Origin: an uncultured Chloroflexia bacterium
Lineage (GTDB): Bacteria; Chloroflexota; Chloroflexia; QHBQ01; JADMIH01
Direction of reading: 5' to 3'
DNA: 64,000 bases
Assembly: GCA_963797095.1 (NCBI GenBank)
Contig: CAWCNY010000003.1
Coordinates: 512,001 to 576,000 of the forward strand
Shown piece by piece: positions 30,101 through 38,911 of the stretch. How positions within the stretch are numbered: position 1 is the stretch's first letter; each line of letters starts with the position of its first letter. Under the pieces are notes generated by a model. That model searched no databases. It was not told the DNA's origin and saw nothing but the letters and a program-made list of their open reading frames with translations. The translations under genes and the position numbers were made by a program.

Positions 30101-31188
30101 CCATGCTGTATGACCCAGCCTGCCACGCCAACGCCGGGCAGGAAATGCCGCCCCTTCAATTGGGAGCTGTCAATGCCGGTCGCGCAACGAATGACCAGGT
30201 CGCCCGATTGTTCGTCAATCAGCCCTATCGTGCTCTGTTCGGCCTTCAAGACTCGTACAGCGTTGTTCACAATCATGTTAAGCAGGTCATCAAGTTCTAT
30301 GGCGGAATTGATGGCTTTGATGCTGCTTTGAAGCAGGTTGAGGCTCAGCACCTGCACCGACAAGACGCCGGCATCATGCTCGGCCTGCATACGAGCCTCT
30401 TCCAGCAGCCTCGAGACCTCTGCACCCTGTTCTTTGCCACGCAATCTGGTAAGGTAGCCCAGGATCAAGAAGGAAACTACGACAATGAGGACTTCGACCT
30501 GTTGCACGAGTGGCCATTTGAAGTCGATAGAGCCGAAAAAGCGGTAAATATCAAACAGCGCGCCCGCAAGCCCGGCGGTGAGCACAACAACAGGGGTGAA
30601 CTTCCCCATTAATTGCCCCAACAGTCTTGTGCTTGCCAGGGCCAACAGTACCGCCAGCAGCAGCCTCGTGTTCGGTATATATAATAGAAACACCCCCAAA
30701 GCGAAGATCAGGTCAAATGCAGGGTTGAGGAGCACCAGCAGTCGCTTACCACGCCAAATTGGCGTATCCAGAAAAGTCGATACACCTCGAATGCTCAGCA
30801 TCCCGTAAACGAGATTTAGCAAGATGCCAAAGGTGTAAAAGAGTAGGAGAATAACCCGCTCATAGAGGGTGCCGCTATTGCTAGTACCACTGGTCGACAG
30901 GGCTGATACCCCTAGTGCCAGCACAACGAGCATAAAGGGCACATCGAACCAGAGATTACTGCCAAAGGCTTGCGGCCAAGTTCCAGATGCTGAGTCAGGT
31001 TTGCCCACCCGACTAAGTACAGAACCATGTTGGGTAGAGACAACTAACCCTTGGCTCTCCCACAAAGGTGATTGTTTATTTCTTCCTTGCAATTTGAGCC
31101 CCCGATTCCTATTATTGCCCGATCTCGAAGCCCTGCGAAATATATACCTGAAGACCTTGAGAACCATGCGCCCTAAAACTCGCTGCAT
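27181..31188 (-). CDS. Membrane sensor histidine kinase with about 4 GAF domains and PAS (start uncertain)
   Basis: About 6 TMs; GAF signatures (GVGVAGWV..G, SMLCAPL, FSTEELD, VTIPL); [35 protein letters not shown]. Confidence 0.92.
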   Translation of the reverse strand: MQRVLGRMVLKVFRYIFRRASRSGNNRNRGLKLQGRNKQSPLWESQGLVVSTQHGSVLSRVGKPDSASGTWPQAFGSNLWFDVPFMLVVLALGVSALSTSGTSNSGTLYERVILLLFYTFGILLNLVYGMLSIRGVSTFLDTPIWRGKRLLVLLNPAFDLIFALGVFLLYIPNTRLLLAVLLALASTRLLGQLMGKFTPVVVLTAGLAGALFDIYRFFGSIDFKWPLVQQVEVLIVVVSFLILGYLTRLRGKEQGAEVSRLLEEARMQAEHDAGVLSVQVLSLNLLQSSIKAINSAIELDDLLNMIVNNAVRVLKAEQSTIGLIDEQSGDLVIRCATGIDSSQLKGRHFLPGVGVAGWVIQHGRPALIQDVSVDPRYISLDNDGFVGRRTRSMLCAPLIIEQRVIGALSVTHSLPNALTEDDQRLITSFAEQATLAVYKSQLLAETTRQRNELKRREELITGLNVVTQSVLGSLDLPLILDTIIPRMGELVSFDHALIYLRNERTGELQLSALGGEGPHAASLELREGMPALEWWEDASQPRVFRWRSDGMSLLSFRLVNDNESLGCILLARKEATPFSTEELDAIEKLADAATIAILKARLFSQVISQQEQTTALYRLMLSVNSAHDRGELATVVVRELRKITSAKSAALLMEDYEQSQITVWATDGEWARKDASGIALNMHGDLFMSSTLASLIEAEPLDLLLIPNAPQQVKDTFGCNNCVTIPLSNSNRIYGLLVIEPKADPPVEEETKEMVRLAISHSTVALERTELFEATVRSMRQSGMLYSIAARVQGSLDASTVIDMTLQGTINALPLQSCELYLFEEDRKQLRRYGKAIKRDTGGTQVALGPETVSPNGNPVLFEVLHSPGLMLADLVSDPAHIRPQSETSDGQNDWYAVPAYGLEDASEPSPVLLARLMGSEEALGIMRFTVNMSPEEFVRNHATFCQTLLTHAGSALERSRLYSELLESKREIEAVVLSTSNGVLVADADLNVIISNDLANRLLDLPTNKDQPQSLANFVKDDDLLKMVHDCITNSMPGTIDLDLTLDKELRIYSATAHPILGGGKDDVFGAVLTLRDITAERAHERAKSDFLSMISHELRTPLNSIYGFLDITLSGKTGPLSDLQVDFLNTAKQETAVLKRLISDLLDYSRLESGTLRMEMEPLDLSTLITRVIRSATARMTEDNLVLTSDVVPKGLMITGDEIRLQQVFDNLLDNAAKFTDPGGLIALSCQVGDDQVTISVRDNGCGIPPSQVDSIFDRFFQADNHSSRRKRGQGLGLAICKNIVETHDGRIWVESTPGVGTTMHVQLPIYSFRTTEEDLPTWVQTSESALTT

Positions 31189-31864
31189 ACTTGCAGCACT
31201 TGCAAAGTAAGAACCACGGACGTGTACTAATCATCCAATCGTCAAAGCCAGGCATCAAAGCCGGGCAGACTGTAATGAAAGAATACAAGCCAATTCTTAC
31301 AATGTGATGAAAAATGGCCGATTCCACTATCCGTAAGCCCAGAATCGCTGCAAGAACGTAGTTAATCGACCTATTTTGCCTGCGCGACGGGCGGGTTGCA
31401 CTTTCAGGGAATGGAAAGACCAGCGATCCGAGAGAAGCTTAACACTGACCTGCGGGCTTCTCCAGGCTGCCACTTCATCTCAAGAAGTAGCCCCTAATTG
31501 TAACAGACAAATATGATAGAAATCAATGGCCCTTTTCCCCAACACTGGTCTTTATGAACAGGAGCGGGCTGTACAGCGAGCCGCAGCCGGTTGCACGCTG
31601 GGCTTCCAGCACAAAAATGGAGGAGAATTGTTTCGCACGGACATAAGTGCTTACAAGCCTGTAAGAAGATGCCCGCTCGCAATAATATAAAGTCGCTCAA
31701 TCGAAGCGGGTCCCTGACAAAGCTGTAACCATACCCTCATCGGCAATTCAGTGCCTATATAGCCCACGCTGGTATATTCTTCAGTAGGCACCGGAGTATT
31801 GGGGCATCCCTATTCCCTGGTATGCACACGAAATCATAATATTTCAAAAGCAGGACCTCAAAAG

Positions 31865-33043
31865 TTGAAGCTATACATCGAATCGGCGCTAAGGATCAAA
31901 GGGCGCTTAATAATTTGCGCCCTATTAGTGGCAATTCTGGCCTGGGGCGCTCTCTACATGACAAAAGCTGGTGATTATACCTCATCGGCCACCGTGTGGG
32001 TGGAAAAACCACTCTACTTGGAGAGTAGCGCCAGTAGCAACCCGTATATTGACCCCTCTACCGCGCAAGCCAATATTCTTGAGGAATTGCTTCGCACGCG
32101 GCAGTTCACACTTGCCATAGCGCAGCAAGCAAATATCCCAACGCCTGATGTCGCCGCTGAGGACAGTGTCATTGATCGAATTCAGCGTCAATTGTATGTA
32201 GAGACTATAGGCGCACACCTGGTGCGCCTAAGTTGCACAGCCAACAAAGATAACCAATGCAAAGACATCATCACCCAGACTATAAATGTCTTTGTCAACG
32301 AACTGAACGCGGATCATCAGCACCAGGCCGATGTAGCTTTGCAGTTATATGAGCAACAGCGTACCCAATATGAAGAACAGATGGTCAAGTCGCGAGATGC
32401 ATACAATAAGTATCTTGCCCAGAATCCCAGTACTGGGTTCGACCCATCCGCGACTAATCCCACCCTGGTTGAGCTACAGCAACAATATATGACAGATAAA
32501 GGCCGGTATGATGATATCGTAGCCAAGATTGACGATATTCAGATCCAGTCAACCGCAGACTCCGAAGCCAATAGTAGCTTTTTCCGAGTGATCGATCCAG
32601 CCTCGGATGCTGAGCCATATAAGTTCTCCATGAAAGACTTGTTGAGAAATAGCCTTGTTGCTCTAGTAATGGCAATGCTTGCAATCGTAGCTATCACCCT
32701 TGTTGCTACCTGGGCCGATCCAGCTGTCTATACTTTGAATGATATCAGCTCGCTTGTACTAGCTGAAGATGAATCCGCGCCCGAGTTGTTCGTCAGCATT
32801 GTGCCCTACAATAAGGCCCTCGCGGCCATCAGGCGTCGAACCGACCAGGAGAGCAGAGCAAAGGCCAAAAGTATGAGCAAGAATGCCTCAGGCAGATCAG
32901 GTGGCGAACCGATCACGGGCATTGACACCGCCAGGCTGGGGCCAAAGCCACCACAAACTAACGTGGCCGCCCCAACCGGGCCACTTGTGGGGCCGGTAGA
33001 CGTTGCGGCATCGTCACAGACTCGTCAACAAGGAGTTTCATAA
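31865..33043 (+). CDS. Polysaccharide co-polymerase / chain-length determinant (Wzz/GumC-like)
   Basis: TM-YTSSATVWV-coiled coil-FRVIDPA-TM architecture; directly upstream of a BY-kinase-like gene. Confidence 0.8.
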   Translation: MKLYIESALRIKGRLIICALLVAILAWGALYMTKAGDYTSSATVWVEKPLYLESSASSNPYIDPSTAQANILEELLRTRQFTLAIAQQANIPTPDVAAEDSVIDRIQRQLYVETIGAHLVRLSCTANKDNQCKDIITQTINVFVNELNADHQHQADVALQLYEQQRTQYEEQMVKSRDAYNKYLAQNPSTGFDPSATNPTLVELQQQYMTDKGRYDDIVAKIDDIQIQSTADSEANSSFFRVIDPASDAEPYKFSMKDLLRNSLVALVMAMLAIVAITLVATWADPAVYTLNDISSLVLAEDESAPELFVSIVPYNKALAAIRRRTDQESRAKAKSMSKNASGRSGGEPITGIDTARLGPKPPQTNVAAPTGPLVGPVDVAASSQTRQQGVS

Positions 33044-33724
33044 ATGAACTTGGTAAAGGCCAGAAACCAGAGCAAAGCAGGTGATCCCGTGTTCACGCCT
33101 GAGTATCAGGCAATCTGTAGACCGATCTTTGTGCAAATGCAAAGCGAGATGTCACTAGGGAGCGCATTTGCCCTCGGGGTCACAAGTTCTTCGCGGGGAG
33201 ATGGACGTTCCACCCTGGCTCTTGGGCTTGCGGTGGCAGCCTCCAGCCAGATTGGTATTAATGGCCGGGTGCTGGTGGTCGATGCAGATATAGCGAACCC
33301 CACGCTGCATATTCGGTGCGGGCGTGCATTGGCTCCCGGCCTCAGTGAAGTAATGACTCAGCGCGTTCCCATGACCCAGGCCATAGTCGAGGTGATCCCC
33401 GGTGTTTGGGTGCTGCCGGGCGGCTCCAGCCCAACAAATGCCACCCGCCATCTGAAGAAACTCGAAGAACTAGCGCTCTTCGAGCAACTTGGCAAGCATT
33501 TCGACGTTGTCATTGTCGACCTGCCACCGGTACTAAGCCCGGAACTTGGTATGCTACCGTCACGTCTGGTTCCCAAACTGGTTGTGGTGGCGAGAGCAGG
33601 AGTTACGAAGAGGGATCAGTTGCAGAGCACGTTAGCGGTGTTCCCAACAGGCAGTGTTTCCGCTGTATTGCTGAACGAATACCGGGAGCGTACACCTGGC
33701 TGGATGAAGCGTTTCCTGCATTAA
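33044..33724 (+). CDS. CpsD/CapB-family tyrosine-kinase-like protein (degenerate Walker A)
   Basis: VTSSSRGDGRST, VLVVDADIANP, FDVVIVDLPP, VLLN. Confidence 0.85.
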   Translation: MNLVKARNQSKAGDPVFTPEYQAICRPIFVQMQSEMSLGSAFALGVTSSSRGDGRSTLALGLAVAASSQIGINGRVLVVDADIANPTLHIRCGRALAPGLSEVMTQRVPMTQAIVEVIPGVWVLPGGSSPTNATRHLKKLEELALFEQLGKHFDVVIVDLPPVLSPELGMLPSRLVPKLVVVARAGVTKRDQLQSTLAVFPTGSVSAVLLNEYRERTPGWMKRFLH

Positions 33725-34026
33725 CTTGTAACCGATAGTAGTCGCAGATAGGAACTTGTAGAACGTTCTTCCAATATGTAAGAATAGTCGCGGGCGTAGC
33801 GATACTCAAAATGATGGGTTGCGAATGACAAATACATCTGTCCTGGTAATAATACTGGTGATTGCGTGCCTTTGGTACACAGGCAGGCAATCTTCCAATG
33901 CCAAGGCGGGGAAAGCGGTAACTCTGCTCAACGCCCAAGTATATACCGCTCTACTTGCATTCGCGCTGATCCTAGCTTTTGTTTGGAGTTGAGGAGACAG
34001 TCATACTTCAAAATGTGAGGATCTTA

Positions 34027-35106
34027 ATGCAAGAGAAGAAGGTAGTGGTCATAGGAGGCGGAACCGGCACAGACATTACACTGGCCGGCCTGAAACGCTA
34101 TACCTCTCAACTGACGGCGTTAGTGTCGACATTCGATGCGAACTCGCGCAGCCGGGAGCAGGATAGCAATAACACAAGCGAAGGTGGCCCAGCGGCAGAT
34201 GACGTACGCAATAGCTTGCTAGCTCTTGGCGCTGATGCATCTACGACGCAAATCATGAGAAGTCTCTTTGCGTACCAGCTTGCACAATCTGCCGAACATG
34301 GTGGCCGCAGTTACACTCTTGGAAATTTGCTTATCTCAGCCCTCACCGACATTACTGGTGGTGCGGACCTCGCCCTGAAAGCAGCCGCGCGCGTGCTAAA
34401 TGTGCAGGGTCAGGTGCTGCCTCTGACATTACAGCCTTGCGCCCTTACCGCTCACTTGAATGATGGCACGGAAGTAACGATCGATTGCCCGGCAGACATG
34501 ATCGCAGCCGCAGCAGGAATAGGGTTGCGTCATATTAGTCTGGCTGAACATGCCCAAGCACTCGAAGCAGCACTGGATGCGATACGAAGCGCCGATATTA
34601 TTGTGCTTGGGCCGGCGGACTTTTACTTCAATTTGCTGGCACCCTTGCAGCTGGAAGGGGTCATCGAGGCATTAGCTGCATCGAGAGCAGTCAAGATATT
34701 CGTCTGCAACATTCTGACGCAGCCGCATACCACAGATGGTTGGCCTGCTTCGCGATTTATGCGTGTAATGCTTGAAAATATGGGGGGAGCAGGCACGTTG
34801 GATTATGTAATCGTGAACAGCACCTCCCTGGCTCTTGATGCTCTCGCCATCAAGGCAGCGAACGGCTATTTCCCGGTACGGCTTGATCTTGAAGAATGTC
34901 TTTCTCTTGGATTAGATGTGATTGTACGGCCTGTTGCCTCCCCGGATACCCTCCAACACGATCCGGAGAAACTGGTGCGAACGATCCTCTTCCTGGGAGG
35001 TTGGCGGTCCGCACGCCGCTCTGAGAAGCAGGGCATCTTTGGCAACGATCAATTCGAAGCTAAATCGGCAATAAACACCTTTACTCGTAGCGAAGCTATG
35101 TCATAG
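34027..35106 (+). CDS. YvcK/GlmR-CofD family protein (divergent)
   Basis: VVVIGGGTG, DVRNSLLAL, LGNLLISAL, ADIIVLGP, VCNILTQP, HDPEKL. Confidence 0.85.
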   Translation: MQEKKVVVIGGGTGTDITLAGLKRYTSQLTALVSTFDANSRSREQDSNNTSEGGPAADDVRNSLLALGADASTTQIMRSLFAYQLAQSAEHGGRSYTLGNLLISALTDITGGADLALKAAARVLNVQGQVLPLTLQPCALTAHLNDGTEVTIDCPADMIAAAAGIGLRHISLAEHAQALEAALDAIRSADIIVLGPADFYFNLLAPLQLEGVIEALAASRAVKIFVCNILTQPHTTDGWPASRFMRVMLENMGGAGTLDYVIVNSTSLALDALAIKAANGYFPVRLDLEECLSLGLDVIVRPVASPDTLQHDPEKLVRTILFLGGWRSARRSEKQGIFGNDQFEAKSAINTFTRSEAMS

Positions 35107-35158
35107 AAGATTGCACCGCCGGGACGTGGCATTAAAGTAGAGAGGATCAACCCAAGAA

Positions 35159-37060
35159 TTGTTCCGGTCCAGTAATATCAAGCGACTTATCATCCCGTTT
35201 GCGGCGCTAATGGTGCTAGGGGGCTGCATGGACCCAAATGTCCCTGCCGATCTAACCCCAAGCCCTGTTCCCACATCTCAGCTGCTCAATACGGCTACGC
35301 CTCCCAATACTCTCTCAGTTGCAACTGCGCCTCCATCCGTGGTAGTTGTTCCAACCCCCGAAGAGCAGACCCAGTCACCGGATCCGCCAAGTCCAACATC
35401 AATACCGCCAACATCAACGGCAGACACATCAGATGCTGACGATCCGACCAAGCTTGCCGTCGAAGTCAACGTCAATGCTTCCATCCGCCATCCGATCAGT
35501 CCCTGGATATATGGCCTGGCCGATAGCACATCCGATCATGAGGAGCAGTTACAATGGTTGGGGGCATCTCTTGTGCGTTGGGGAGGTAATGCACGTAGCA
35601 GGCACAATTGGGAAGTAAACGCTTCAAATGCAGGTTCGGATTGGGAATTTCGTAACGTGAGCCAGGGCGACAGCGTGCCGGGTAGCGCATCTTTGCTTTT
35701 CATGCAGCGCAACGAGCGTTTGGGTGCGCTGAGCCTGCTGACGATACCTACCATCGGCTGGGTAGCCAAAGACGGCGACAACGACAGCCAATCGATCAAC
35801 GTGCCTGAACACGGTGGACCTGCCGTATCGCCAGGCTCGGATACAGCGTTCACGAGTTTCAGCAACGGCAGTTGGTCACAGCCTTATGATCCTTCTGATA
35901 ACCGGGCGAGAACCAGCATCCAATCGCTGCCAAGCAAGAACGGGCCATACACTTACCCTCCCGATCTTACCGATGGGAAGGTTTACCAGGATGAATGGGT
36001 TGCGTATTTGCGCAGCCAGCGGCCAGAAGATGCGCTCCCCACGATATATGCAATGGATAACGAGCCTGAGCTTTGGTCCGACGACACGCACGTCGATGTA
36101 CATCCGGTTCGCCTGGGATTCGATGATCAATTGTCCAATTTCCTGACCTATGCCAGGGCTGTTAAGCATGCCGATCCGGACGGATTGGTAGCGGGACCTG
36201 AAAGCTGGGGAGTCACCGCCTATCTGCACTCAGCTCTAGATGATGGAGGCGACGGCTACCAGACATCCGCCGACACTGCCGCTCATGGAGGCATCCCCTG
36301 GTTGCAATGGTTCCTGAGAGCTGTGCGCGAGGACGATGAAGCACAGGGCAGTCGATCCCTGGATATACTAGATGTTCACTATTACCCACAAACAGGGGTT
36401 TCTTATGGTGATAATTCGCCGGATATGCAGGATAAGAGAATGCAAGCCCCGCGCTCACTCTGGGACACCACTTATATTGAACCCAGCTGGGTAGCGAGAA
36501 CCGAATGGCCCAACCTGGCGCTTATTCGCAGGTTGCAGAGGCTAATTGAGCAGAACTATCCCGGAACAAAGATTGGCATCAGCGAGTGGAACTTCGGAGG
36601 TGAGGACGACATTAGCGGCGCAATAGCCATAGCTGACACTTTGGGCATTTTCGGCAGGGAGAATGTCTATTCGGCTGCATGCTGGTGTCTCCCCCAGGAG
36701 AATACCCCGGCGGGTTGGGCATTTCGACTCTATCGCAATTACGACGGCAACGGCTCGACTTTTGGCACCGAGTCGGTAGCGGTCGACAGCACCAATACGA
36801 CAGAGTTCAGCGCATACGCCGCCACAACAGAGGATAATGGAAAGCTAACCGTGATGCTGATCAACAAGAATCGTGACAAGAGCGCAAGCGTTACGATCAA
36901 CACCCAAGACTTCACGCCCGGTGCAAACTCGATGGAGTACGGTTATGGCCCGGGCGATCTGGGTGAGATAGCCGGCAAGGCGTTAACCTCAGCCAGTTCA
37001 GAACCAATCAGAGTAACCATGCCACCCATGTCTATCAAGTTGCTGGTTTTCGATAACTAG
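35159..37060 (+). CDS. Glycoside hydrolase family 44 (endoglucanase/xyloglucanase-like) lipoprotein
   Basis: LGGC lipobox plus P/T linker; ISPWIYG, RWGGN, DNEPELW, LDVHYYP, ISEWNFGG, ADTLGIFG, LYRNYDG. Confidence 0.9.
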   Translation: MFRSSNIKRLIIPFAALMVLGGCMDPNVPADLTPSPVPTSQLLNTATPPNTLSVATAPPSVVVVPTPEEQTQSPDPPSPTSIPPTSTADTSDADDPTKLAVEVNVNASIRHPISPWIYGLADSTSDHEEQLQWLGASLVRWGGNARSRHNWEVNASNAGSDWEFRNVSQGDSVPGSASLLFMQRNERLGALSLLTIPTIGWVAKDGDNDSQSINVPEHGGPAVSPGSDTAFTSFSNGSWSQPYDPSDNRARTSIQSLPSKNGPYTYPPDLTDGKVYQDEWVAYLRSQRPEDALPTIYAMDNEPELWSDDTHVDVHPVRLGFDDQLSNFLTYARAVKHADPDGLVAGPESWGVTAYLHSALDDGGDGYQTSADTAAHGGIPWLQWFLRAVREDDEAQGSRSLDILDVHYYPQTGVSYGDNSPDMQDKRMQAPRSLWDTTYIEPSWVARTEWPNLALIRRLQRLIEQNYPGTKIGISEWNFGGEDDISGAIAIADTLGIFGRENVYSAACWCLPQENTPAGWAFRLYRNYDGNGSTFGTESVAVDSTNTTEFSAYAATTEDNGKLTVMLINKNRDKSASVTINTQDFTPGANSMEYGYGPGDLGEIAGKALTSASSEPIRVTMPPMSIKLLVFDN

Positions 37061-37393
37061 TCGGATTTTTGTGGTCCTACTTCTATAAAGCGACCAAAGT
37101 TATAATCTAAGTTTGTACAAACCGTAAGACAAAGATACGGTCAGTAGTCTTGAAACTTCCAAACCATACCCTTATAATACTTACCAATAATCGTTTCTGG
37201 AAGCTCCGGTCCTGGATCCCTGGGCCAACTCAGCGACTTCTATTTCGTAGCGGTGTGGCTCCCCTCTTCTTTTCCTAGTGATCGAGCCAATCGTTACTCT
37301 TCCTTGCTCAAGTGCTACACATTGAGTGTCGCGCCCCTTCCCTGGCTCGGATTGTCTCGAACACGGCGGACAAAGTCGATATTGGAGTCGTAG

Positions 37394-38626
37394 ATGAAGT
37401 CCTTTTTACCCTCGCTGGATAAGGTCAGGAGTTATAGAGAAAAGCCTGTTCACGTTTTCACTTCGGCGCAATTTCACGCCGAAAAGATCACCACTATTGA
37501 GCAGCTACGCAAGCTTGAGCACGATTGGAACACCCTGCATCGAGAGTCCAGCAATACCCTGCCATTTACAACCTATACATGGGCTTATCATTGGTGGCGA
37601 CACTTTCATGAAGAAAGGCTGGTGGTTAGAGACTCGCTTTCGATTCTGGTTGTCCGTAATAGCGTTGGTAAAGCCATAGCTATTGCTCCGATGATGACCA
37701 CAGCATATCCGGCATTCGGACCATTGCAGCTGAGATTCCTGCAATTCCTTGGTGCTGATCCGCAAATCACGGAGGTACGTGGGCCACTTTTGCACCCCGA
37801 TTTTGAGGGGCCTGCATTACGTTGCATAGTCTATGCCCTCGAGTCATCCTTTCACGGGTGGAATTGGATTAGGTGGACTGGTGTACGTGCGGATAGCAAA
37901 GCATCTGAAGTCCTCGAGCAAGCATACGGGAAGGAAGCCTCCACAAATGGGGTATGCGAATATGTACTGCCGTTGGCATCATCATGGGAAGAGTTCCGCA
38001 TGAGTTGCAAGCGCAATATTCGCGAGTCCTTACGAAAATGCTACAACTCACTTGCACGGGATGGATACGAGTACACCTTCAATGTTGCCGAAACACCTGA
38101 CGAGGTTAAGGCAATGCTGGAGCAATTCTTTTTGCTCCACAGGAAGAGATCTCAAGAACCACGGCCCGTTCGTCACCCAGACTACTTCCGCAACGCTCAA
38201 TCTCGTGCATTCCTGCGCGATGTGTGTAAGGATCTCGCAAAAAGCTGCTGCGTGAAAGTCTTTACCCTATCAGTAGGGGATAAAGTGGTAGCAGCCAGAG
38301 TAGGGTTCATCCTGAACAACTCCCTATATTTATATTACTCAGGGTATGATCCAGAGTGGGGTAAGTACAGTGTAATGACTACAACAGTCGCTGAAGCCAT
38401 CAAGTATGCGATTGCTCATGGGCTTCGAACTGTTGGCCTCTCCACAGGCAAGGATGTATCGAAAACTCGCTGGGGTCCTAATGAAGTTGCCTACAAACGG
38501 TACCTTCTGACTGCACCGTCAACTAAAGCGCAGCTAGCTTATAGTGCTTACTCCCATTTACAGCAGGTACGAACACAGCAGATGATGCAGCGCCTGGCCG
38601 GATGGCTGTTGCGGCGTTCCGAGTAG
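37394..38626 (+). CDS. GNAT acetyltransferase, CelD/BcsL (Acetyltransf_6) family
   Basis: PFTTYTW..WW, LASSWEEF, YYSGYDPEWGKYS, KTRWG. Confidence 0.85.
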   Translation: MKSFLPSLDKVRSYREKPVHVFTSAQFHAEKITTIEQLRKLEHDWNTLHRESSNTLPFTTYTWAYHWWRHFHEERLVVRDSLSILVVRNSVGKAIAIAPMMTTAYPAFGPLQLRFLQFLGADPQITEVRGPLLHPDFEGPALRCIVYALESSFHGWNWIRWTGVRADSKASEVLEQAYGKEASTNGVCEYVLPLASSWEEFRMSCKRNIRESLRKCYNSLARDGYEYTFNVAETPDEVKAMLEQFFLLHRKRSQEPRPVRHPDYFRNAQSRAFLRDVCKDLAKSCCVKVFTLSVGDKVVAARVGFILNNSLYLYYSGYDPEWGKYSVMTTTVAEAIKYAIAHGLRTVGLSTGKDVSKTRWGPNEVAYKRYLLTAPSTKAQLAYSAYSHLQQVRTQQMMQRLAGWLLRRSE

Positions 38627-38911
38627 GACAGAAGCCAGGCCAAAGATCCCGTACCCAATACTCCCCTAGAAAGCTGAATCAAACCATATCAAGAAGGACT
38701 GTAAGCTATAGCTTATCAGTTCCCGGTCGGGTTAAGGGAAGTTCGCGGTCTGCAATATGAGTTCTGTATAGATCGTAAGATATCGCGGTTGCGTTATTCT
38801 TATCGTGTTAAAGAAGTGCTCATATAATGATAGAGGTAAAGGTTCCCATCACACTCTTTTGGCCTGGGTTGGAATTCCCTGCCCGGGCAAATTAGGTCCA
38901 GGAGGCTGGTA

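Noticed and set aside
29704-30612. 302-aa plus-strand ORF
   Set aside because: Fully antisense to the multi-GAF kinase; no motifs.
31190-38900. Recurrent GTAAGA and AACCATACCCT words in EPS intergenic regions
   Set aside because: Short, with no consistent spacing or dyad symmetry; cannot be separated from chance without statistics.
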